Source: Acidimicrobiia bacterium (GTDB lineage: Bacteria > Actinomycetota > Acidimicrobiia > Spongiisociales > ZC4RG35). From it: a stretch of 64,000 bases of DNA. The translations under genes and the position numbers were made by a program. The notes below the pieces were generated by a model that worked only from the letters and a program-made list of their open reading frames with translations, ran no database searches and had not been told where the DNA came from. Location: the NCBI GenBank assembly GCA_040880725.1, contig JBBDHV010000040.1, positions 21,843 through 85,842 on the forward strand, in the 5' to 3' direction. Positions 38,087 through 47,036 of the stretch are shown in pieces; the first letter of the stretch is position 1; every line of letters begins with the position of its first letter.

Positions 38087-39349
38087 GTGAAACTGCCCGC
38101 CATGTTCTCCGACCGAAACGCACTGCGGGTCGCGCTTGCCCGTTTTGTCTCCCGCACCGGTGCGGAGGCGGCGTTCTTCGTCGGGATCTGGGGCAAGGCG
38201 GCGTACGAGTTCGGGGGCAGCGCAGGAGAGATCGCCCTGGTCATCGCCGCGCTGGGGATCTCGGGGCTGATCGGCGCCGCCCTGGCCGGCACGCTCATCG
38301 ACCGTTTCGATCCCCGCAAGGTCCTGATCGCATCAGAGGTCGTCTTCGTTCCGACCGCCGTGTCGCTGGTGTGGGCGGACAGCCTGACGACGCTGATCGT
38401 CCTCTCTGCGCTTCTCGGCCTGGTGACCGCACCCACCAACACCGCCATCGCGTCGTTCCCGCCGTTCCTCACCGAGGACCCGGACAGGCTGGCGAAGATG
38501 AATTCGCTGGTCGAGACCTCGGGAATGGCCGCGTTGATCACCGGCACCGCCATGGGCGGAGTTCTCGCCAAGTGGGTGAGCATCGACGCCATCTTCATCT
38601 TCGACGCCGTCACCTCGATCGTGGCGATGGCGATCATCTTCGGAGTCCGCCTCGTCGGCGCCAAGCCGGACGAAGTGCCGATCGAACGGGACTCCTGGAA
38701 GGAGTTGCGTGAAGGAATACGCTTCTCGTTCGCCCACCACCGCTTGCGTTTCTACCTGTTGGCCGGTGCCTCGGTCTGGACGATGTTCGGACTGTTCTCA
38801 GCCTTGGAGCCGCTCTTCTTCCGGGACATCCTGGACGAGCCACCGGAGACGATCGGGTTCGTCAACACCATCTTCGGCGTCGGTTTGGTGGCGGGCACCT
38901 ATCTCGTTGCCCGCCTCCCCCGGGCGGCGAGATCTGCTCGCGCCGTACTCGTGCTGGTGGCGCTCAACGGCCTCGGCGCGATCCTGTACGTATCGACGGA
39001 CCGACTTGCCGTTGTCGTCGCCGGTGGATTCGTGTGGGCGGTGATGATCGGCCTGTTCGTGCCGATCGTGCGGACGATGCTGCATGTGAACTCCCCGCGG
39101 GCCATGGTGGGCCGGGTGATGGGCGTCTCGCTGATGCTCGGTGAGGCAGGAAAGCTCACGCCGCTGATCGCCGCCCCGCTCCTCGCCGCGCTCTTCGGCG
39201 TGCAGCAGACTCTGGCTGGAGGTGGGGTCGTGCTCGCCATCGCGGCGCTCGCCTTCTGGCGGGTGGGACGCCATCTCGACGACACTCGAACGGTGCCCGT
39301 CGAGACCCTCGAGGCTCCCGTCATCGCACCCCACGTGAGCGAGCTCTGA
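38087..39349 (+). CDS. MFS transporter (12-TM type)
   Basis: Hydrophobic helices throughout. GTG 38087 has SD GAGGGGG 5 nt upstream. Alternative ATG at 38102. The track start at 37970 overlaps the divergent gene. Confidence 0.8.
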   Translation: MKLPAMFSDRNALRVALARFVSRTGAEAAFFVGIWGKAAYEFGGSAGEIALVIAALGISGLIGAALAGTLIDRFDPRKVLIASEVVFVPTAVSLVWADSLTTLIVLSALLGLVTAPTNTAIASFPPFLTEDPDRLAKMNSLVETSGMAALITGTAMGGVLAKWVSIDAIFIFDAVTSIVAMAIIFGVRLVGAKPDEVPIERDSWKELREGIRFSFAHHRLRFYLLAGASVWTMFGLFSALEPLFFRDILDEPPETIGFVNTIFGVGLVAGTYLVARLPRAARSARAVLVLVALNGLGAILYVSTDRLAVVVAGGFVWAVMIGLFVPIVRTMLHVNSPRAMVGRVMGVSLMLGEAGKLTPLIAAPLLAALFGVQQTLAGGGVVLAIAALAFWRVGRHLDDTRTVPVETLEAPVIAPHVSEL

Positions 39350-39395
39350 GCCGAATCGGAGTGGAATTGCCCCGGTTGTAGCCTTCCGGCCGATC

Positions 39396-40835
39396 GTGTC
39401 CACTGCACCACCCATCGAAGTCGACTACTCGAAGAAGTGGCTGGTCCTCGCGACCGTCGGCTCCGGGGTGATCCTCGCCACCATCGACTCGTCGATCGTG
39501 AACGTGGCGCTCCCCACCATCACCGACGAGTTCGACACCACGTTCCGGGCCATCCAGTGGGTGCCCCTCGCCTATGTCCTGGTGATCGCAACCCTCACGC
39601 TGGGCACCGGTCGGATCGGCGACATCGTGGGCAAAAAGCGCATCTACACCTCTGGATTCGCGCTCTTCACCGTGGCATCGGCGTTGTGTGGACTGTCCAC
39701 GAGTGTCGAGATGCTCATCGGCTTCCGCGTGCTGCAGGCGGTGGGTGCGGTGATGATCCTCTCCCTGGGAGCCGCGATCCTGACCGAGGGCTTCCCCGCC
39801 AAAGAACGCGGCAAGGCACTGGGTTTCATCGGGACTTTCGTCTCCCTCGGCATCGTCACCGGTCCGGCGGTCGGAGGCATTCTGATCTCGCTGTACGACT
39901 GGCGTTCGATCTTCCTCGTCAACATCCCGGTGGGAATCATCGGGGTGGCGATGGCGCTCCGGTACGTTCCCAACTCCCCGCCGGTTCCCGGACAACGCGT
40001 CGATGTGCCCGGCATGATGCTGCTCAGTGCGGCGCTGTTCTCGTTCTCGTACGCGGTCACCCGCGGCCAGGAGACAGGGTTCGCAGACCCGCTGAACCTG
40101 GTGTTGTTCGGAATCGCCCTGATCGTCGTCATGGTCTGGTTCCGGGTCGAACGCCGGGTGGCATCGCCGATGATTCGTCTCGACCTCTTCCGCAATCCGA
40201 TGCTGTCGGTGAGCGTGGTCACCGGGTTCATGGTGTTCACCTTCGTCTCGCCACTGTTCTTCCTGCTTCCCTTCTACCTCGAGGGAGTACTGGGCTTCGA
40301 CATCCGCACCGTCGGTCTGCTGTTGGGCGCTGCCCCGCTCACGATCGGGATCGTCGCACCGCTGGCGGGCGCGCTCTCGGACCGCATCGGGATCCGCAAG
40401 CTGACAGTCACCGGTCTCTTCATCGTGATGCTGGCATTCGTCGGCTTCCAGGCCCTCACCGAAACCACCGAGTGGTGGCAGTTCGTGCTGATCGCCATCC
40501 CGCTGGGATTGGGCATGGGGACGTTCCAGAGCCCGAACAACAGCGCCATCATGGGGTCGATGCCACCCGAGTACGCGGGTGTCGGAGGGGGGATCCTGTC
40601 CATCACTCGACTCCTCGGCCAGGTGACCGGTGTGTCGGTGCTCGGATCGCTCTGGTCGAGCCGGGTCGCGACCATTGCCGGGAGCCAGTACGCCGGCAAT
40701 GCCAACGCAGCACCTCCGGCGGCCCAGGTGACCGCCCTGCGCGAGGTGTTTCTGTGGGGCGTTGCACTCACTGGGTGCGCACTCGTCATCGGCATCTGGG
40801 GGCTACGCAAGGAACAGGAGTTGAGGCGGCAGTGA
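39396..40835 (+). CDS. MFS transporter, DHA2 (EmrB/QacA, 14-TM) type
   Basis: 479 aa, GTG start. VLATIDSSIVNVALPTI, GRIGDIVGKKRIY. Confidence 0.88.
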   Translation: MSTAPPIEVDYSKKWLVLATVGSGVILATIDSSIVNVALPTITDEFDTTFRAIQWVPLAYVLVIATLTLGTGRIGDIVGKKRIYTSGFALFTVASALCGLSTSVEMLIGFRVLQAVGAVMILSLGAAILTEGFPAKERGKALGFIGTFVSLGIVTGPAVGGILISLYDWRSIFLVNIPVGIIGVAMALRYVPNSPPVPGQRVDVPGMMLLSAALFSFSYAVTRGQETGFADPLNLVLFGIALIVVMVWFRVERRVASPMIRLDLFRNPMLSVSVVTGFMVFTFVSPLFFLLPFYLEGVLGFDIRTVGLLLGAAPLTIGIVAPLAGALSDRIGIRKLTVTGLFIVMLAFVGFQALTETTEWWQFVLIAIPLGLGMGTFQSPNNSAIMGSMPPEYAGVGGGILSITRLLGQVTGVSVLGSLWSSRVATIAGSQYAGNANAAPPAAQVTALREVFLWGVALTGCALVIGIWGLRKEQELRRQ

Positions 40836-42271
40836 GCAGCCGGATGGCCGCCATCGTGGTCTTCGGATCTTCGGCGGCGGTGCTGGTCATCGAACTCGCC
40901 GCGATCCGCCTGCTCGCGCCGTACGTCGGTCAGTCCCTCGAGACCTTCACGGCGATCGTCACCGTTGTGCTCGCCGGCATCTCGTTCGGAACCTGGGTGG
41001 GCGGACGCGTGGCCGACCGCACCGACGACCTCCCACGCCTCATCGGGACCGAACTGCTCATCGGCGGCGCGCTGTCCATCGCCGTGGTGCCCCTGGTTGC
41101 GCTGTTGGGCCAGACCGTCGTCGGAACCGGCAACGCCGGCCTCGTTCTCCTCTCCGTTGTGGCGCTGTTCGCCCCTTCGGCGTTCCTCAGCGCGGTCTCC
41201 CCCGCGGTGGTACGCCTGTCGCTCGCCAGCCTCGATCAGACGGGAACCACGGTGGGGCGATATTCGGCGATCGGCACTGCGGGGGCGATCACAGGTTCCG
41301 TTGCCACCGGATTCGTGCTGGTCCCGTTGCTCGGGACGACTGCGATCGTGATCGGAACCGGGACCCTCGCCGTGCTCGCCGGTGCCGCAGTTCGCGTTCG
41401 GAAAGCGGTCGGCGTGGTCGCGATCATCGCCGGCTTGCTGATGTTCGGCTCACTCGCGGCATGGGCCGGAACTCGGTGTGACCACGAGACCCGCTACTAC
41501 TGCGTGCGCATTCTCGACGACCCGGCCCGTGACTCCGGGCGACGCCTCGTTTTGGACGACCTCTCGCATTCCTACGTCGACCTCGACGACCCCGCTCATC
41601 TGGAGTTCACCTACACGCGGATGCTCGCGGCGGTGATGCAGGCGGGAACCGACGGCCCGATCGACGTGACGTTCCTGGGAGGAGGCGCGTTCACTCTGCC
41701 GACCTGGCTCGATGTGGTTCGGCCGGGGTCGACTTCCACGGTGCTGGAGGTCGACCCCGATCTGCCGCCGATCGTCAACGAAGAGATGCCCGCTCCCCCC
41801 GGGATTCCCACCGAGTTGATCATCGGCGACGGACGGGCATCGATGCGAGGACTCGAGTCGGACAGCGCCGACGTCGTGATCGGCGACGCCTTCGGGGGCC
41901 GGGCGGTGCCCTGGCACCTGACCACTGCCGAGTTCACAGCTGACATCGACCGCGTGTTGCGGCCCGACGGCCTGTACGTCGCCAACCTCATCGACGGCCC
42001 GGACCTGCGTTTCGTGCGAGCGATGGCGGTGACCCTGCGATCGACGTGGCCGCACGTCGCAGTGCTGTCGCTCCCCGCCCGGTTCGCCACCGGTGGCAAC
42101 CTCGTGGTCCTCGCTGGTCACCGCGAGGTCGATGACGCCTCCATCAGGGCGTTCAATGCCGACCTCGGCCTGGATGTCGACATCCTCTCCGGTGCCGAAC
42201 TCGACGCCTTCGTCGCAGACGCCCAGATCCTCACCGACGACCACGCCCCCGTCGACCAACTCCTCGGCTGA
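40832..42271 (+). CDS. Membrane-anchored spermidine-synthase-like protein (fused MFS/SpeE type)
   Basis: The GTG overlaps the upstream TGA (GTGA). About 7 N-terminal TM helices, then a methyltransferase-fold C-terminus (TFLGGGAFTLP, VIGDAFGG). The track 944-aa ORF is a frame shadow upstream of 40832. Confidence 0.8.
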   Translation: MSSRMAAIVVFGSSAAVLVIELAAIRLLAPYVGQSLETFTAIVTVVLAGISFGTWVGGRVADRTDDLPRLIGTELLIGGALSIAVVPLVALLGQTVVGTGNAGLVLLSVVALFAPSAFLSAVSPAVVRLSLASLDQTGTTVGRYSAIGTAGAITGSVATGFVLVPLLGTTAIVIGTGTLAVLAGAAVRVRKAVGVVAIIAGLLMFGSLAAWAGTRCDHETRYYCVRILDDPARDSGRRLVLDDLSHSYVDLDDPAHLEFTYTRMLAAVMQAGTDGPIDVTFLGGGAFTLPTWLDVVRPGSTSTVLEVDPDLPPIVNEEMPAPPGIPTELIIGDGRASMRGLESDSADVVIGDAFGGRAVPWHLTTAEFTADIDRVLRPDGLYVANLIDGPDLRFVRAMAVTLRSTWPHVAVLSLPARFATGGNLVVLAGHREVDDASIRAFNADLGLDVDILSGAELDAFVADAQILTDDHAPVDQLLG

Positions 42272-42658
42272 AACGGCCGGGGTGGGGACTGGTCCCTCGC
42301 CTTCGATGCCCCGCTGCTCCTCGTGATTTCGGCTCTCGCCGGTGAGTCCTGGGCGTTGCCCCGGCAGGCCGCAGCCGTGTGGTCGGTTGCGTACCTGGTC
42401 CTGCTCGGCTCAGGCGGTCTCTTCGTGCTCATGCTGCTCGTGATGCGGCAGTGGACCGTGTCGGCCGCGGCGTACGCGTTCGTGCTCTTCCCTGTGGTCA
42501 CGATGGTGTTGGAAGCGTGGCTGATCGACGTTCCGATCACTCCCCGGGGCATCTCAGGGGCGCTGATCGTCATGGCGGCGGTGTGGTTCGGTGCGCTGGC
42601 GCCCACGGCCCCGCGCCCCTCGAGTGGAGACTCCACCCGAGTGGCGGAGGTTCGATGA
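42272..42658 (+). pseudogene. EamA/DMT transporter remnant (second half only)
   Basis: Encodes only the TM6-10 half (VWSVAYLVLLGSGGLF ... AYAFVLFPVVTMVLEAWLIDVPIT ... GALIVMAAVWFG). The reading frame is open back to the TGA of the preceding gene. There is no SD before GTG 42323. Confidence 0.5.
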
Positions 42659-42668
42659 CGACGGCCCG

Positions 42669-43814
42669 TCAGGCCCAGTAGCCGTCAAGTCGAGCGAGTA
42701 CCTGCAGCATGGTCTCGTCGGAGCCGGCACCAATCGACTGGAGGCGGACATCGCGCATGAACCGGGCGGTCCACGTCTCCTCCATGTAGCCGATTCCCCC
42801 GTGGAACTGGAGGCACCAGTCGGCGACTTCCCGACTGAGCCTGCCGGATTTCCACTTGGCGATCGTCGCCATCCGTGTCACGTCCTCTCTTCGGGCGTGT
42901 CCGGCGGCGAGGACGTAGTTGTACTGCTGGAACATGTCGACCTCGGCGGCGAGTTCCGCCAACCGGTACTGGAGGTACTGGTTCTTCATCAGAGGCTTGC
43001 CGAAGACGATCCGATCCTTCAGATAGTTGCGGGTGCGTTCCAGGGCGTACAGCATCGACGCTGCGATCGAATACGTCGACCACATGCGTTCGACGACGAA
43101 TTGGTTCATCTGTTGCTGGAATCCCTGGCCTTCGACGCCGATCACGTTCGAGACGGGCACCCGCACGTCGGTGAAGGACAGCAGGCCGGTGTCCGACGCC
43201 CGCATGCCCAACTTGTCGAGTTTTCGGGAGACTTCGAATCCCGGCGACGTCGTCTCAACGAGAATCTGGCTCATTCCGCTGTGCCCACCCTCGTCGGAGG
43301 TCCGGGCGAGCAGGCACAGCCAGTCGGCCTGCAACGAGTTGGTGATGTACATCTTCGATCCGTTGATGACGAACTCGTCGCCGTCGCGCACCGCGCGGGT
43401 GCGGATCGCCGCCACATCGGAACCGGCGTCGGGTTCGGTGACGGCGATCGAGGTGACCATCTCGCCCCGGATCGCCGGTTCGAGATACTTGGTTCGTAGC
43501 TCGTCGGATCCGAAGCGGTGGAGCGAATAGGTAGCCATGTCGGCCTGCACCCCGACGGCCATGCCGATCGCTCCCAGGTCGGCCCGACCGAGTTCTTCGG
43601 CGAGGATGACCTTGAAGAAGTGGTCCGCACCCATCCCACCCCACTGCGGGTCATATTGGAGCCCGAGGAAGCCCAATCGGCCCATTTCGGCGAAGATCTC
43701 GTGCAGCGGCATCATCCCCGCTGCCTCCCAGTCGTCGGCCCTGGGGTTGATCTCGGCTTTCACGTAGTCGCGCACGAGTTTGCGAAACTGGTGGTGTTCA
43801 TCGGACCACTGCAT
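42669..43814 (-). CDS. Acyl-CoA dehydrogenase
   Basis: MQWSDEHHQFRKLVRDYV..., TEPDAGSD, GGIGYMEE. ATG 43814 has SD AGGAGA. Confidence 0.92.
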   Translation of the reverse strand: MQWSDEHHQFRKLVRDYVKAEINPRADDWEAAGMMPLHEIFAEMGRLGFLGLQYDPQWGGMGADHFFKVILAEELGRADLGAIGMAVGVQADMATYSLHRFGSDELRTKYLEPAIRGEMVTSIAVTEPDAGSDVAAIRTRAVRDGDEFVINGSKMYITNSLQADWLCLLARTSDEGGHSGMSQILVETTSPGFEVSRKLDKLGMRASDTGLLSFTDVRVPVSNVIGVEGQGFQQQMNQFVVERMWSTYSIAASMLYALERTRNYLKDRIVFGKPLMKNQYLQYRLAELAAEVDMFQQYNYVLAAGHARREDVTRMATIAKWKSGRLSREVADWCLQFHGGIGYMEETWTARFMRDVRLQSIGAGSDETMLQVLARLDGYWA

Positions 43815-43879
43815 CCCGGACGATCTCCTGTGCGTCCCGGACACCTTACAGACGCACCGTTCCGGAAGTCTGCGCGGCG

Positions 43880-44272
43880 CTACATCTCGCCGCCGCCCCC
43901 CAGCGAGACATAGGACCAGCTGTCGAAGTGCCACAGGTAATGGCCGCCGTGTTCCTTGAGTGCTTCTGCGATCTCTGACTCGTTGTCGCTCGACGCTTCG
44001 ACGACGACGAAGGCGGCGCCCTCCATGAGTTCGGCGTCCACGTTGTCGAGAATCTGACCCTCATCCCCGAGCGCCGATTCAAATGCGCCCCGGAGCGATT
44101 CGAAGAAGCCTTCGTGTTCTTCGTCGGTCCTCAGCCGTTCCCGACCTTCGTCGCCTTCGAGCACTTCCACGGTGTGTCCGTTCGCTCGAAGATCTTCGAC
44201 TGCCGCGGTTGTGGCGTCTTCGGTGTCGAAAATCGCCACCACCTTGTTCCGAAGTTCAATGCCTTCTGTCAT
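43880..44272 (-). CDS. Acidic hypothetical protein (130 aa), general-stress YflT/DUF1269-like by eye
   Basis: VVAIFDTEDATTAAVEDLRANGH and a second AFVVVEASSDNESEIAEALKEHGG half. SD GAGAGGAG. Confidence 0.65.
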   Translation of the reverse strand: MTEGIELRNKVVAIFDTEDATTAAVEDLRANGHTVEVLEGDEGRERLRTDEEHEGFFESLRGAFESALGDEGQILDNVDAELMEGAAFVVVEASSDNESEIAEALKEHGGHYLWHFDSWSYVSLGGGGEM

Positions 44273-44401
44273 CGGTTCGCTCCTCTCGAGATCTGCTCAA
44301 TGCACGCGGGTGGTCTTCCTACCCGTTCGCACCGTCGGCGAAACAGATCCGAAGAAGCCCGTGCGCGACCAAGGAGATGAACCAAGGAGAGGGCGGCTGG
44401 A

Positions 44402-45439
44402 CTACAGCGTGGCGTGGATCAGGTAGTCGTTGGCCCCGTCGTCCCACGTCAACTCGACGAGTCCGCGGGCCTGGGCCGCCTTGCAGAATTGAAGAAATCC
44501 GTTGAATCCGAACTGCTTTTCGGAGAACCCGGGCGACTGTTTCCGCACCTGGTTCTTCAGACCCGACAACTGCGGGGTGCCGTTCTTCTCCTCGATCGAC
44601 TTCACGACCCGGACGAGCAGCTCGAAGGCCTCGGCTTCACTCGGGTTGGAGGCGAGTGTCACCACAGGATCACCGGCCGCCGGGCCCTCGGAGAGAGCGA
44701 TCACATCTTTGGATTCGAGGTGCCGAAGGAGTTCGCCGAACGCCCGGAACCCGTAGTCGGCCTCGCTGAAGGTCGGATCCTTGCGGATGAGTGCCCGCTT
44801 CAGCGAGGAGGCGAGCACCGCATCCCCCGACGATCTCGAGAGCCCGCTCACTGTCGTTGCGATGAGTCGTTGGATCTCGTCCTGATCGCCGGAGCGTTCC
44901 TCCACGGCCGGTTCGGGTTCGGCCTTCGCACTCCCCCGGGACACCGCGTCGCGTACGTCGACGCCTTCGAGGTTCTCGTAGAACAGGAACTCGTCGCAGG
45001 CGGGTGGCAGCAGCTTGGAGGTCGACGCTTTGATGCCGACGCCGATGACCCGCTTGTTGAGCTCCCGCAGCTTGTACACCAGTGGCGTGAAGTCCGAGTC
45101 GCCCGTACAGATGACGAAGGTCGTCAGGTAGTCGCGTTCGAACGCCACCTCGAGCGCGTCCACTGCCATCTTGATGTCGGCAGCGTTCTTGCGAACCGCT
45201 CCCATCCTTTGGGGAATCTCGATGAGTTCGACGTGGTTGCGGGTGAGCATTCGCCGGTCCTCGTCGAAGTACGACCAGTCGGCGTAGGCCTTGCGCGAGA
45301 CCACCCGCCCCCGCTCGGCGAGCGCATCAGCGATCGGCTTGAAGTCGAAGGCGAGGCCGCTCAGGGCCTCCCTCGCCCCGATCGCCAGGTTCTCGTAGTC
45401 GAGGAAAAGCGCAATTCGTTCTTCGTCAGGTGATGCCAT
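44402..45439 (-). CDS. NYN (LabA/DUF88) nuclease-fold domain protein with two C-terminal OST-HTH/LOTUS-like domains
   Basis: ALFLDYENL, VICTGDSDFTPLV. C-terminal halves carry GFRAFGELL and GFNGFLQFCK. The start is taken at MASPDEE (45439). Confidence 0.82.
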   Translation of the reverse strand: MASPDEERIALFLDYENLAIGAREALSGLAFDFKPIADALAERGRVVSRKAYADWSYFDEDRRMLTRNHVELIEIPQRMGAVRKNAADIKMAVDALEVAFERDYLTTFVICTGDSDFTPLVYKLRELNKRVIGVGIKASTSKLLPPACDEFLFYENLEGVDVRDAVSRGSAKAEPEPAVEERSGDQDEIQRLIATTVSGLSRSSGDAVLASSLKRALIRKDPTFSEADYGFRAFGELLRHLESKDVIALSEGPAAGDPVVTLASNPSEAEAFELLVRVVKSIEEKNGTPQLSGLKNQVRKQSPGFSEKQFGFNGFLQFCKAAQARGLVELTWDDGANDYLIHATL

Positions 45440-45463
45440 GACCCTGCACGGTACAACTCCGCG

Positions 45464-45489
45464 GGAACCTGGGTGCACTCGTCGGCGTC
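45464..45489 (+). promoter_or_regulatory. ECF-type promoter GGAAC-N17-CGTC upstream of the sigma gene (autoregulation candidate)
   Basis: GGAAC at 45464-45468 and CGTC at 45486-45489, 9 nt before the ATG at 45499. Implies a very short or absent leader. Confidence 0.45.
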
Positions 45490-45498
45490 CGATCGGCC

Positions 45499-46059
45499 AT
45501 GGATGCCGCTCGACGTCGCGATCACACCCGGAGGGACCGTTTCGAACGTCTCGCCGACGAGGTGTACGAGCCGCTGCAGCGCTACGTCCGGCGTCGGGCT
45601 GAATCCGACAGTGTGGACGACATCGTCTCCGACACGATGCTGACGTTGTGGCGCAGGCTCGAAGATGTTCCGCCCAATGCCCAACTGCCCTGGGCGTACG
45701 GGGTCGCCCGCCGCACGATCGCCAATCACCGTCGCGCCGCCGGCCGCCACCTCACGCTCGTTCGACGCATCCAGGCCGAGCCGAACCCGGCGCCGACCGC
45801 CGACGTCCCGCTCGATTCGGAGCTCCATGTGGCACTCGACTCGCTTTCCCCCTCGGACCGAGAGCTGCTCCGCCTGTGGGCATGGGAACAGCTCGAACCC
45901 GCGGAGATCGCAGTCACACTCGGACTGACTCCGAACGCCGCGGCGATCCGCCTGCACCGGGCCAAGAAGAAACTCGGCGAGAATCTCGCAATCGAACGAA
46001 AGAACGAAACGTCCTCCGGACACTCACACCGTGAAAGAAGAAAGGAGGAGCGGTCATGA
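45499..46059 (+). CDS. ECF (sigma-70 family, group 4) RNA polymerase sigma factor
   Basis: 186 aa. Region 2 DDIVSDTMLTLWRRL, region 4 LSPSDRELLRLWAWEQLEPAEIAVTLGLTPNAAAIRLHRAKKKL. Confidence 0.9.
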   Translation: MDAARRRDHTRRDRFERLADEVYEPLQRYVRRRAESDSVDDIVSDTMLTLWRRLEDVPPNAQLPWAYGVARRTIANHRRAAGRHLTLVRRIQAEPNPAPTADVPLDSELHVALDSLSPSDRELLRLWAWEQLEPAEIAVTLGLTPNAAAIRLHRAKKKLGENLAIERKNETSSGHSHRERRKEERS

Positions 46060-46637
46060 GCGACGACGATCTGCGTCACAGGCTCTCTGCGTCGAATCCG
46101 ACACCTCCTGGAACACCGGTGGATCCGATCACAGGCGATCGGGCCAGAGAAATGATGGAGGACATCATGTCAACACAGACAATCCAGCCTCGAGTGGCAC
46201 AGCGGCGAGTCCGCCTCATCGGAGCGGTGGCCGCGGCCCTCGTCGTCGTCATGGGTGGCGTCGGCCTGTTCGGCGGCTTCGGTTCCGAGCCGAGCCCCCT
46301 GGTCCTCAGCGCCGAAGGGAGCGACGCACTGGCGTCCTGCCTCCCGTTCGACGTCGCGATCCTCGAAGGGATGAGCCCCGCGTTCGGCGGGACGGTCGTC
46401 GAGCTGACCGACTCGGTGGCAACGCTCGAAGTGGACCGCTGGTTCACAGGCGGCGACGCCGAGATCGTCGAAATCAGCTACACGCCCGGTTTCGAGGCAC
46501 TCATCGGCACGCCGAGCCTCGAAGTGGGCCAGCGATACCTGATCACTGCCACCGATGGCGTCGTGAACGGATGCGGATACAGCGGGGTCGCGACTCCTGA
46601 GTACGAAGCATCCTTCGAGCAGGCGTTCGGCGCCTGA
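46056..46637 (+). CDS. Putative anti-sigma / single-pass membrane protein
   Basis: ATGA overlap with the sigma gene, SD AAAGGAGGAG. Short cytoplasmic N-terminus, one TM helix (LIGAVAAALVVVMGGVGLF), 120-aa extracytoplasmic domain. Confidence 0.7.
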   Translation: MSDDDLRHRLSASNPTPPGTPVDPITGDRAREMMEDIMSTQTIQPRVAQRRVRLIGAVAAALVVVMGGVGLFGGFGSEPSPLVLSAEGSDALASCLPFDVAILEGMSPAFGGTVVELTDSVATLEVDRWFTGGDAEIVEISYTPGFEALIGTPSLEVGQRYLITATDGVVNGCGYSGVATPEYEASFEQAFGA

Positions 46638-46652
46638 TGAATCGCGGCTCGG

Positions 46653-47036
46653 TCAACCGACCACCTGCCCGTTGAGTACGACCTCGGTGCCTCCGTCGGG
46701 GGCGCCGAGGTCGATTTCGATCGAGAATGCCTCGATGACTTGGGCGCACACCTCTCCGGTTGGCGGAGGTTCGCTCCAGACACTGACCTCGACCCTTCCG
46801 TTGGCCGGTTCGACGAACCATCCAAGCCCGTGACATGGTGTCGGTTGAGTTCCTTCGACCACCAACCGATGGCCGTCGGTGCCGGCCGCGATCTCGGTGT
46901 CGACGATGGTGACGGGTCCCGCGTCGGCCGGGGGCACCTGCGCGTCCGCAGGTGTCGTCGTCGTCGGGGACGGAGATCCGTTGCAGGCAGCCAGCAGGAA
47001 GGTGACAACCAGAACCGCACGAGCGACTGGGGTCAC
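46653..47036 (-). CDS. Lipoprotein of unknown function
   Basis: Lipobox LLAAC followed by an S/T/P-rich linker. GTG 47036 overlaps the stop of the small upstream ORF (GTGA). An alternative TTG start is at 47045. Confidence 0.7.
   Translation of the reverse strand: MTPVARAVLVVTFLLAACNGSPSPTTTTPADAQVPPADAGPVTIVDTEIAAGTDGHRLVVEGTQPTPCHGLGWFVEPANGRVEVSVWSEPPPTGEVCAQVIEAFSIEIDLGAPDGGTEVVLNGQVVG

Noticed and set aside
39437-42271. 944-aa plus-strand ORF spanning the DHA2 MFS gene and the next gene
   Set aside because: Upstream of 40832 it is an out-of-frame, Arg/Pro-rich shadow of the MFS gene. Only the part from the GTGA junction at 40832 onward is protein-like.
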